Positions 1-7,904 of a stretch of DNA of 14,153 bases are shown piece after piece. Under the pieces are notes generated by a model that saw nothing but the letters and a program-made list of their open reading frames with translations, did not search any database and was not told where the DNA came from. A program made the position numbers and the translations under genes. How positions within the stretch are numbered: position 1 is the stretch's first letter; each line of letters begins with the position of its first letter. This stretch comes from a bacterium (lineage in GTDB: Bacteria; Oederibacteriota; PGYV01; Palsa-1178), in assembly GCA_037138355.1 (NCBI GenBank), contig JBAXIL010000041.1, positions 1 through 14,153 on the forward strand, given 5' to 3'.

Positions 1-2046
1 CTCTATGATTTTATCTATCTGCTGCCATCCTGCTATTTCTTTATACCCACCAGGTTTTATGCCGCCTCTATAAACCTCGTACATGAGCCCTGGATAAAGA
101 GTTTCTGCTATTAAAGATGACTTACCTGAACCCGAAACACCTGTTATACAAATGAAATTACCAAGCGGAAACTTTACATTAATATTTTTCAAGTTATTAG
201 TGGTTACGCCTTTCAACTCAATAAACTTATCTCTGTTTCTTTTTGTGGCTTTTTCAATTGTTATTTTGGTTTTATTATTGAGATACTTTGCTGTGAGAGA
301 TGTTTTGTGTTTAAGCAGTCCTTCAAGAGCCCCAGCATATACAATTTCACCGCCATGAACACCAGGTCCAGGTCCTACATCCACTATAAAATCAGCATTG
401 ATGATGGTCTCTTCATCGTGCTCTACCACTATAACTGTATTTCCAAGGTCTCGTAATTTATGAAGTGTGGCTAATAATTTTTCATTATCTCTTTGGTGCA
501 GTCCTATACTTGGCTCGTCTAATATGTATAAAACGCCGACAAGTCCAACGCCAATTTGAGTAGCCAAATGTATTCTTTGAAATTCTCCTCCCGACAAAGA
601 ACCTGATCGTCTATCCAAAGTTAGATAACTTAAACCCACATTAAGCAAAAATAATAGTCGTCCTCGAATTTCTTTTAGTATTTGCTTTGAAATCATTTCA
701 TCTTTTTTAGATAATTGAAGTTTCGAGAAATACTCATAGGACTTTTCAATAGACATACGCGTTGCTTCTATGATTGTTAAGCCACCAACCTTAACTGCTA
801 TTGATTCTGGCTTTAATCTCATGCCATGACAAGCACTACATTCTTTTTCTAACATATATTTATTGAATATATCGTCTCTAACTCTCTCTGCTTCTGTTCC
901 CCTATAACGCCTATCAAGAAATGGTATTAAACCTTCAAAAACACCGGAATGCTTCCAATCCGTTGTATAGTTTTTGTATTCATACTTTATCTTTTCATCA
1001 GTGCCATGAAGTATTATTTTTTTTATCTTATCAGGAAGCTTTTTAAAAGGTGTCTGCAAGCTGAACTTAAAATGCTCAGCCAGACCTGAGACCAAGTGCC
1101 AGTAATAGCCATCATGATTGCCCCAAGGTTTCAAAGCTCCTTCTGTAATTGATAACTCTTCGTTTATTACTAAGTTTTCATCCACTTCTACCCTACTTCC
1201 TATTCCTGTACATTCAGGACAGGCTCCAAAAGGACTATTGAAAGAAAAACCTCTGGGTTCAAGTTTGGTCATGGAAAAAGAACATTTAGGACAAGCAAGC
1301 TTTTCAGAAAATATAGTATCAGTCTTTTTATGCATGTCATGCAGTATCATAACGCCTTCACCTATTTTTACAGCTAATTCTACCGATTGACTTATCCTTT
1401 TCTTATCTGCTTTTGAAACCACAAGCCGGTCAACCACTATTTCTACTGTGTGTTTTTTGTTTTTTTCAATATTTAACTTGTCTTCTATTGATTTTATCTC
1501 GCCGTCTAATCTAATCCTTAAAAAACCTTCTTTTTTTATGTTTTCAAATAGCTTAGTATATTCGCCTTTTCTTCCCTGTATCACTGGTGCCAAAATTAGA
1601 ATTTTTGTACCTTCTCCTGTTTCTAAGACCTTATCAGTAATCTGCTGAACTGTCTGAGATACAATCTGAGTACCATCATTTGGACAATATGGGACTCCGA
1701 TTCTCGCCCACAAAAGCCGAAAATAATCATAGATTTCTGTAATGGTACCTACGGTTGATCTGGGATTACTACCTGCACTTTTTTGCTCTATGGCAATGGC
1801 TGGGGAAAGGCCGTCTATAGTATCCACATCTGGCTTCTGCATTTGACCTAAAAACTGTCTGGCATAAGCCGAAAGTGATTCCACATATCTACGCTGTCCT
1901 TCTGCGTATATGGTATCAAAAGCCAGTGATGATTTACCCGAACCTGAAACACCAGTTATAACTACCAGCTTGTCGCGAGGTATAGTTATATCTATATTTT
2001 TTAAGTTATGTTCTCTGGCACCTTTTATTACAATTTTATCAGCCAC
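1..2046 (-). CDS. uvrA: Excinuclease ABC subunit A (UvrA), N-terminal 682 codons; runs off the left edge of the window
   Basis: Not in the ORF track; translated by hand. GTG start at 2046 with GGAG SD (GGAGCATATC-GTG). Reads [18 protein letters not shown]...[45 protein letters not shown], then [17 protein letters not shown] (Zn module), [16 protein letters not shown]...[15 protein letters not shown] and a second Walker [12 protein letters not shown] near 120-150. The frame is still open at position 1 ([10 protein letters not shown]). Confidence 0.98.
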   Translation of the reverse strand, partial: MADKIVIKGAREHNLKNIDITIPRDKLVVITGVSGSGKSSLAFDTIYAEGQRRYVESLSAYARQFLGQMQKPDVDTIDGLSPAIAIEQKSAGSNPRSTVGTITEIYDYFRLLWARIGVPYCPNDGTQIVSQTVQQITDKVLETGEGTKILILAPVIQGRKGEYTKLFENIKKEGFLRIRLDGEIKSIEDKLNIEKNKKHTVEIVVDRLVVSKADKKRISQSVELAVKIGEGVMILHDMHKKTDTIFSEKLACPKCSFSMTKLEPRGFSFNSPFGACPECTGIGSRVEVDENLVINEELSITEGALKPWGNHDGYYWHLVSGLAEHFKFSLQTPFKKLPDKIKKIILHGTDEKIKYEYKNYTTDWKHSGVFEGLIPFLDRRYRGTEAERVRDDIFNKYMLEKECSACHGMRLKPESIAVKVGGLTIIEATRMSIEKSYEYFSKLQLSKKDEMISKQILKEIRGRLLFLLNVGLSYLTLDRRSGSLSGGEFQRIHLATQIGVGLVGVLYILDEPSIGLHQRDNEKLLATLHKLRDLGNTVIVVEHDEETIINADFIVDVGPGPGVHGGEIVYAGALEGLLKHKTSLTAKYLNNKTKITIEKATKRNRDKFIELKGVTTNNLKNINVKFPLGNFICITGVSGSGKSSLIAETLYPGLMYEVYRGGIKPGGYKEIAGWQQIDKIIE

Positions 2047-2073
2047 GATATGCTCCTTTAAAAAATGTCAACT

Positions 2074-2089
2074 TTGCCTAATAAGGCAA
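2074..2089. promoter_or_regulatory. Perfect inverted repeat TTGCCT-N4-AGGCAA at the predicted uvrA transcription start (candidate operator or 5' UTR hairpin)
   Basis: TTGCCT (2074-2079), AATA, AGGCAA (2084-2089). It begins 7 nt downstream of the -10 element. The repeat is visible in the sequence; its function is inferred. Confidence 0.45.
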
Positions 2090-2095
2090 GATAAT

Positions 2096-2124
2096 ATTTT
2101 AAATCTAAATAAACTTCCTGTCAA
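2096..2124 (-). promoter_or_regulatory. Sigma70-type promoter for uvrA
   Basis: Minus strand reads TTGACA (2124-2119), a 17-nt spacer, then TAAAAT (2101-2096). This is a perfect -35, optimal spacing and a 5/6 -10, about 50 nt upstream of the uvrA GTG. Confidence 0.8.
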
Positions 2125-2261
2125 GAACTGACTCATATTTCGACTTGTATAGCGTGGTTTTACCTATATATTAAAGGAATAATATTTTTGGCTATTATAA
2201 GGAGTTATTAGGTTAGGGTAGTATTTTGAATTAATGCGAATATGACAGAAAGAAATGTTTA

Positions 2262-4328
2262 TTAGTTAATAGCTGGCAAGGTAAATAACATAGTAGTTCC
2301 TTTGCCTAATTCAGATTCCAGCCATATTTTACCACCGTAAAGCTCAACGATTTTTTTACATATAGACAATCCGATGCCAGTACCTTCATATTCTTCTTTT
2401 GTGTGAAGCTTTTCAAATATTACAAATATCTTTTCGAAATATTTAATATCTATACCTATGCCATTATCTTTTATCTTAAACAACCACATATCTGCTTGTC
2501 TTTCTGCTGAAATTTCAATAATTGGAGATCTATCTTTGCTGTGAAATTTAAGGGAGTTTGATATTAAGTTCATAAAAAGTTGTTCTGTCTGAGTAATATT
2601 TGTATTAATAATAGGTAGCTTGCTATATATTATTGTACCCTTATTTTCATTTAGCTTGAACATTAGGTTTGTTTTAACTCTCTCTATCACTGTATTGGTG
2701 TCAACATTTACAGTTTCAAGGGCTTTATTTCCTGCTCTGGAATATAAAAGCATATCTTCTATTAATCTTTGCATTTGTTTTGCCCCATCTGTAGCAAATG
2801 TAATATAATCATCAGCATCTTTATCGAGTTTTCCGTTATATCTTTTGGCTAAGAGCTGCACATAACTGGATATCATGCGCAGGGGTTCTTTTAAATCATG
2901 AGATGCTACATAAGCAAACTCCTGAAGTTCATTATTTGACCTTTTAAGTTCACTTAAAAGTTTTTGCATAGTTAATTCGTCAGCTTTTCTTTTATCTATA
3001 TCCCTGACCACCGCAAGTACAACCTTTTGCCCGGTAATTACAGCTTTTTTAAGGTTAATTTCTACCCAAAAAGTATCACCTTTTTTGTTTTTTATTTTCA
3101 ACTGGAAGATTTGTGGGCCTTCAAGAAGAGTTTTTTTCATATATTCAAGTGCTATATTTTTATTTGATTCGTCTGCAGACCATGTAGCAATATAGTCAAG
3201 ACTTATAAATTTTTCTTTAGTATAGCCATACATTTCATATGCCAGTTTATTCATATCAAGTACTTTGCCGTTTGTTGCATTATATATAATAATTGCATCA
3301 TTTACTGATTCAAATATCTCCATATAATTTGTTTTATAGTGTTTTAAGCTTGTAGTACTATGCTTATTAAGATATATAAGACCAATTATAAAGATTATTG
3401 AAATCACAAATAATACTATAAATACTAATGCCCCACGCTGCATTCCTTTTAAACTAAATATATTGCTATACTCATCTATCATAATAATCTTCCACTCATA
3501 CAGATAAAATGGATATGATGCCACACGGTAATCCTTATTATCTATGATTTCAGTATCGCTCAAAAAGTGATTTAAACTTCGAATTTCAGTTATAGGCATA
3601 CCTGCATACTGCCTTGTAGCTTGTAACTCTGCCTGTGTGCTTTCGCTTATATGGTATATGGACTTCAATAACCATTCCTTATAATTGGAGGAAAACACTA
3701 TCCCCTCAGGAGAAACAATCGCAGTTCTGTACTTTATATTACTTAACACTTCATCAATTAACTCTAATCCCATTTTTATTACAACTACACCTATGATACT
3801 GCTATTTTTAGGGTTTCTTACAGGAAAAGAAAAGTATATTCCTCGCTCATGAGTGGTAACTCCAAGAGCTCCATATATATACTGCTCTCCCTTCATAGAA
3901 TTTATAAAATATGGCCTAAATTTGTAATTTTGCCTTGTTAAAGTATTCGGTTTAGTAGTTAGCTTAGTTGATGACAAAACTACGCCTTGTTTGTTCATAA
4001 CATAAACTACTGAAGCCCCCATGATATTCTTTACAAAGTTTTGGACCGAAACGGCAGAAATATAATCATATGGACCATTATCTAAACAAAGTTTAACTAT
4101 ATTGGAATTTGCCGCAATGGATTTTGTGCCTTCTATTACTTTCGAAAAGTACTGACCGTCAATTATTTGAGAAACATTTACAAATTCTGAATTTAATAGT
4201 GATTGCTGTCTGTTTTGTCTTGCTGTGACAAATGTGACAACAAAGGCCACGAGAAGTATAAAGACTATGAAGTTTAGTATAATATTTGTATTTATGCTGA
4301 GTTTTTTGAAAAAATCAAGAATTGTAAT
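2262..4328 (-). CDS. Membrane-bound sensor histidine kinase: TM1, DctB-like dCache sensor, TM2, PAS, HisKA, HATPase_c
   Basis: Sensor motifs NYKFRPYF, GALGVTTHERGIYFS and VVVIK. TM2 is GALVFIVLFVISIIFIIGLIYL. PAS runs IFESVNDAIIIYN...KNKKGDTFWVEI...VVRDI. H-box is EFAYVASHDLKEPLR, N-box QLFMNLISNSLKF, G1 DNGIGI, G2 GTGIGLSICKKIV. The ORF track starts at GTG 4250; I extend the start to ATT 4328 (see findings). The start is less certain than the product call. Confidence 0.92.
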   Translation of the reverse strand: MTILDFFKKLSINTNIILNFIVFILLVAFVVTFVTARQNRQQSLLNSEFVNVSQIIDGQYFSKVIEGTKSIAANSNIVKLCLDNGPYDYISAVSVQNFVKNIMGASVVYVMNKQGVVLSSTKLTTKPNTLTRQNYKFRPYFINSMKGEQYIYGALGVTTHERGIYFSFPVRNPKNSSIIGVVVIKMGLELIDEVLSNIKYRTAIVSPEGIVFSSNYKEWLLKSIYHISESTQAELQATRQYAGMPITEIRSLNHFLSDTEIIDNKDYRVASYPFYLYEWKIIMIDEYSNIFSLKGMQRGALVFIVLFVISIIFIIGLIYLNKHSTTSLKHYKTNYMEIFESVNDAIIIYNATNGKVLDMNKLAYEMYGYTKEKFISLDYIATWSADESNKNIALEYMKKTLLEGPQIFQLKIKNKKGDTFWVEINLKKAVITGQKVVLAVVRDIDKRKADELTMQKLLSELKRSNNELQEFAYVASHDLKEPLRMISSYVQLLAKRYNGKLDKDADDYITFATDGAKQMQRLIEDMLLYSRAGNKALETVNVDTNTVIERVKTNLMFKLNENKGTIIYSKLPIINTNITQTEQLFMNLISNSLKFHSKDRSPIIEISAERQADMWLFKIKDNGIGIDIKYFEKIFVIFEKLHTKEEYEGTGIGLSICKKIVELYGGKIWLESELGKGTTMLFTLPAIN

Positions 4329-4332
4329 AAAG

Positions 4333-4340
4333 TCACCTCC
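4333..4340 (-). promoter_or_regulatory. Strong Shine-Dalgarno GGAGGTGA for the histidine kinase
   Basis: Plus-strand tcacctcc at 4333-4340. The GGAGG core lies 7 nt upstream of an in-frame ATT at 4328-4326. Confidence 0.7.
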
Positions 4341-4391
4341 ACCCTTATAAGAAAGGTGTTACTGTGAAAATATATATGAAACTTTCATCGT

Positions 4392-5210
4392 TTAGGTGCC
4401 TATATGTATCGGTTCCACAATTTTTTTAATCAATACTATAGCCGACAAAGAAGTTAAGTAGCTTGTTTTCGGATTATTTGGCGAAGGTAAATTTTCAGTT
4501 ATCGCTCTAAACCTGCCAAAATCCCCTTCTACTATTATTTCGTGAATATTATTCGTTATAAATGGATCAATAATAATTTTCACAAGCGTTTGTTCTGATC
4601 CTACTCCAGCTAAGCTTAAAGTAGCTGCTATATTTATATTTTGCGGGAAGTCCTTTACTGCATCCTTGGCACTACCCTCATATACCGTAGTTTCCGTCTT
4701 TATCTCATCTACTTTTATTCCTTTGTCTATCAGGGACTTAACACCTTTAAAAGCCATAGGTGGTTTTCTTGTTATTAAAGTAACTTTCCTTAAACCTGAA
4801 TATTTTGCTGCATCCAGTCCATCTATTCCTACCACGGCTCCAGAAGGCACATATACATTAATTTTTTTTTGCCTGGCTTCTTCAACAAGATCAGTATTTT
4901 CCAAAACTCCACCTGCACTTAAAAACATAATATCTCTTCCGTATTTAATTGCCAGTTTGAAAACATCAGTTACAGCATCTTTGTGTGCACATTCTACTAC
5001 TAAATCGCAATTTTTCATTATTTCTTCAGCATCCATATATACTGGATTCACTCGTTTGAGTTTTGACAACATTAGATCGTATTTATTTTTATCTTTATCA
5101 CAGCAAGCAAAAAGAACAACATTTATATTGCCTTTATCCACGGCTTCGGCAATATCATTTCCTATGGCACCACAACCTATAATACCGAGCTTTTTGATTT
5201 TGATTTCCAT
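4392..5210 (-). CDS. nadX: L-aspartate dehydrogenase (NadX family)
   Basis: Rossmann GIIGCGAIG, then DLVVECA, PSGAVVGIDGL, TRKPP, FPQNINIAATLSLAG, NIHEIIVEGDFG and NPKTSYL. 272 aa, GAGG SD. Confidence 0.92.
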   Translation of the reverse strand: MEIKIKKLGIIGCGAIGNDIAEAVDKGNINVVLFACCDKDKNKYDLMLSKLKRVNPVYMDAEEIMKNCDLVVECAHKDAVTDVFKLAIKYGRDIMFLSAGGVLENTDLVEEARQKKINVYVPSGAVVGIDGLDAAKYSGLRKVTLITRKPPMAFKGVKSLIDKGIKVDEIKTETTVYEGSAKDAVKDFPQNINIAATLSLAGVGSEQTLVKIIIDPFITNNIHEIIVEGDFGRFRAITENLPSPNNPKTSYLTSLSAIVLIKKIVEPIHIGT

Positions 5211-5227
5211 TTAAACCTCGCCGCGTT

Positions 5228-5578
5228 TTATTTTATTATCTTATTTGAAGCATTTACTTTTACGATGGTTGGCTTGAAAGCAGTTCTTTTATCTGCTTCA
5301 ATTAGTCCGTAAGAAGCAATTATAATTACATCATTTTTTTCTGCGAGTCGTGCCGCTGCCCCATTAACGCATATACTGCCAGAGTTCTTTTTGCCTTTTA
5401 TCACATAGGTCTCAAATCTTAAACCATTATTGATATTTAGAACATGTACTTTCTCATTTTCGCATATATCAGCCGCTAACATGAGCGTTTCGTCTATGGT
5501 GATAGAACCTTCATATTCCAGGTGTTTATCAGTGAGTGTTGCTCTGTGAATCTTAGATTTAAGCATTTCTACAAGCAT
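5228..5578 (-). CDS. panD: Aspartate 1-decarboxylase proenzyme (pyruvoyl-dependent)
   Basis: MLKSKIHRAT, YEG/SITID with the Gly24-Ser25 self-cleavage site, RFETYVI and NGAAARL. GGAGG SD. Follows panC. Confidence 0.98.
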   Translation of the reverse strand: MLVEMLKSKIHRATLTDKHLEYEGSITIDETLMLAADICENEKVHVLNINNGLRFETYVIKGKKNSGSICVNGAAARLAEKNDVIIIASYGLIEADKRTAFKPTIVKVNASNKIIK

Positions 5579-5606
5579 TGTTACCTCCGTAAAATATTTT
5601 TGTTAA

Positions 5607-6455
5607 TCAAATTTTAATAATCGTATTATCTATTAACCTTGTTTCACCTACTATGATTGCGGCTGCTATCAAAACGCTACCTACAATCTTATCCAGTGGA
5701 GCTAAACTCTCAGAATCAACTATTTCTATATACTCTATCTCTACGCCTGCTTCTTTAATCTTGCGTTTCATCTCTTTTTTTATGGTCTCTGATGTTCTTT
5801 CGCCTAATTCTATCATACTTTCTGCCATCTGCAATGATTTATATAATACTGGTGCGCTATCGCGTTGTTCTGGTGTTAAATAGGTATTTCTTGAGCTCAT
5901 AGCCAGTCCATCTTTTTCCCTAAAAATTGGACATATAACTACTTGGGTTTTATAGTGCAAGTCATTAACCATTTTCTTTACTATGATAGCTTGCTGAGCA
6001 TCTTTCTGACCAAGATAAAGCCTATCTGGTTTAACTATATTCAATAATTTAGCAACTATTGTGGTCACTCCCTTAAAATGTCCTGGCCGTGACCCACCAC
6101 AAAGAATATCAGTCATTTCATTTTCCACAGTTACGAAAGTGGCCGCATCCTGTGTGTACATTTTATCTTTTTCAGGAGTAAATACGCAGCAAAGCTTACC
6201 TGAGAGCTTCAACATTTTTAAATCTTTCTTTAATGGTCTTGGGTATTTATCAAAATCTTCATTTGGACCAAACTGCGTAGGATTAACAAAAATACTCATG
6301 ATGACTTTTTTATTTTCGCTTGCTGCCTTATCTACAAGAGACATATGCCCTTCGTGCAAAGCCCCCATAGTTGGTACAAATCCTATGGTATGTCCTCTTT
6401 TGTTTAGTTTGGCTATATATTCGTGCATTTCATTTATATCATTTATTATTTTCAT
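5607..6455 (-). CDS. panC: Pantoate--beta-alanine ligase (pantothenate synthetase)
   Basis: FVPTMGALHEGH (HIGH-like), SIFVNPTQF, RPGHFKGV, GQKDAQQ, REKDGLAMSSRN and RLIDN. Confidence 0.98.
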   Translation of the reverse strand: MKIINDINEMHEYIAKLNKRGHTIGFVPTMGALHEGHMSLVDKAASENKKVIMSIFVNPTQFGPNEDFDKYPRPLKKDLKMLKLSGKLCCVFTPEKDKMYTQDAATFVTVENEMTDILCGGSRPGHFKGVTTIVAKLLNIVKPDRLYLGQKDAQQAIIVKKMVNDLHYKTQVVICPIFREKDGLAMSSRNTYLTPEQRDSAPVLYKSLQMAESMIELGERTSETIKKEMKRKIKEAGVEIEYIEIVDSESLAPLDKIVGSVLIAAAIIVGETRLIDNTIIKI

Positions 6456-6466
6456 ATCATTCCTGC

Positions 6467-7255
6467 TTAATAAAAGTATTTTTTGCTTGGAAATTTTTTA
6501 CTTCTTACATCTGATATGAAGTTTTTGAGTGCTTTAGTCGAATGACCTGCAACATTAGCATATTTTTTTACAAATTTAGGAGTGAAATCCTCAAAAGCCC
6601 CGAGTAAATCTTGTGTCACAAGTACTTGTCCGTCACAATGCGGACCTGAACCAATGCCTATAACAGGTATTTTAACAGCGGCAGTTATCAAAGCCGTTGT
6701 TTTTGAAAGCACTTTTTCTACTACAAGTGCAAACACACCAGCTTTTTCCAGTGCCTTTGCTTCAACAATAAGCCTTTCAATATCTTTTTCATTAACACCC
6801 TGAACAGGATAGCCCCCATAAAGATTAACTGACTGAGGTTGAAGACCTATATGTCCCATAACAGGTATGCCTATTTTCACCAACGCTTTTATCTGTGGGC
6901 AGATTTCAGTTCCTCCTTCAAGCTTTACAGCCGAAGCGCCAGATACTTTCATTAATTGTCCTGCATTTTTGATTGCCACTCTTACTGATTCTTGATACGA
7001 CATAAAAGGCATATCCGCAACAATCATAGTGTGAGTAGCGCCTCTTTTAACTGCTTTAACATGATATATGACATCTTCGACAGTGACTTCAAGAGTATCT
7101 TTATAACCTAAAAACACCATACCGAGAGAGTCGCCTACTAATATTATATCCACTCCTGTTTTTTCGAGATATGAAGCCATAAGATAATCATAGGCAGTGA
7201 GCATAACTATTTTAGTTTTTGATTTTAACCTGGTGATTTGCGGAGCTGTATACAA
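6467..7255 (-). CDS. panB: 3-methyl-2-oxobutanoate hydroxymethyltransferase
   Basis: MLTAYD, ILVGDSLGM, ADMPFMSY, VKLEGG, GHIGLQPQ and IGIGSG..CDGQVLV. TTG start 1 nt after the upstream gene's stop. Confidence 0.98.
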   Translation of the reverse strand: MYTAPQITRLKSKTKIVMLTAYDYLMASYLEKTGVDIILVGDSLGMVFLGYKDTLEVTVEDVIYHVKAVKRGATHTMIVADMPFMSYQESVRVAIKNAGQLMKVSGASAVKLEGGTEICPQIKALVKIGIPVMGHIGLQPQSVNLYGGYPVQGVNEKDIERLIVEAKALEKAGVFALVVEKVLSKTTALITAAVKIPVIGIGSGPHCDGQVLVTQDLLGAFEDFTPKFVKKYANVAGHSTKALKNFISDVRSKKFPSKKYFY

Positions 7256-7256
7256 C

Positions 7257-7904
7257 TTACTTTCCCACTCTCGGAGTATAATAATTAATGCCGCCCTTTA
7301 TATTGAGAACAAAATCCTTTATCATTTTGTAGGCCTTTTTGTCATTTACAAAATCCACTTCATCCGTATTTACTATCGCCAGTGGACCTGCTGTGTAATT
7401 TGAGAAGAAATAATTGTATGCTTGAGATAAGTTATAAAGATAATCTTTAGAAATACTTTTTTCGAAGTTTCTACCACGCCTTTTAATTCTTTCCATAAGC
7501 ACATCTATAGATGCCTGCAAATAAATTACAAGGTCAGGTTTTAATAACTGCGCCTCATTAACGACTGCCCCGTATATTTTTTCATATAAGCTCAATTCGT
7601 TTTTACCAAGAGTTATGTAAGCAAATATGCGGTCTTTTTCTATAAGATAATCTGCCACTATTTTATTCGAAAAAAGATCAAGTTGTTTTAGAGGTTCCTG
7701 CTGCATAGTCCGGTTTAAAAGAAAAGTAAGTTGAGTTTGTAGCGCATAGGTGTTCATATCTTTGTAGAATTTTTCTAAAAAAGGGTTATTGTCTACTTCT
7801 TCCATGATAAGTTTTGCCTGTAAATCCTCGGATAATTTTTTGGCAAAGGTTGTTTTGCCAACTCCAAGCACACCCTCTATGGCTATGTAATGAAAATCTC
7901 TCAC
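7257..7904 (-). CDS. Deoxynucleoside kinase (dAK/dGK family)
   Basis: IAIEGVLGVGKTT P-loop, NPFLEKFY, QLTFLLNR, PDLVIYLQAS and ERIKRRGR lid. Sits in the familiar folK-dNK-panB arrangement. Its GTG start overlaps the folK stop (GTGA, 7904-7901). Confidence 0.93.
   Translation of the reverse strand: MRDFHYIAIEGVLGVGKTTFAKKLSEDLQAKLIMEEVDNNPFLEKFYKDMNTYALQTQLTFLLNRTMQQEPLKQLDLFSNKIVADYLIEKDRIFAYITLGKNELSLYEKIYGAVVNEAQLLKPDLVIYLQASIDVLMERIKRRGRNFEKSISKDYLYNLSQAYNYFFSNYTAGPLAIVNTDEVDFVNDKKAYKMIKDFVLNIKGGINYYTPRVGK

Noticed and set aside
560..600. UvrA ABC signature variant [11 protein letters not shown] (usually EAQRIRL)
   Set aside because: The LSGGE core and the downstream DEP Walker B are intact, so this is probably ordinary lineage variation.
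152..2131. Plus-strand ORFs at 152-358, 1118-1390, 1448-1648 and 1910-2131
   Set aside because: Antisense shadows of uvrA, which the ORF track missed because it lacks a stop codon in the window. They show no recognisable motifs.
2125..2145. GTTC next to the uvrA -35 element as a Firmicutes-type LexA box
   Set aside because: Only a half-site; there is no GAAC at the N4 spacing.
2130..2261. Possible terminator, sRNA or small ORF in the kinase-uvrA spacer (plus-strand AAGGAG; MTERNVY mini-ORF)
   Set aside because: No GC-rich stem with a U-tract, the SD-like sequence has no suitably spaced start, and there is no recognisable RNA structure.
4224..4240. Short tandem repeat tgtgacaaa-tgtgacaa
   Set aside because: Two copies only; it encodes VTFVT within the kinase TM1.
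4862..4870. T9 run (A9 on the coding strand) in nadX as a slippage or phase-variation site
   Set aside because: The frame is intact (QKKI), and such runs are expected in AT-rich, Lys-rich coding sequence.
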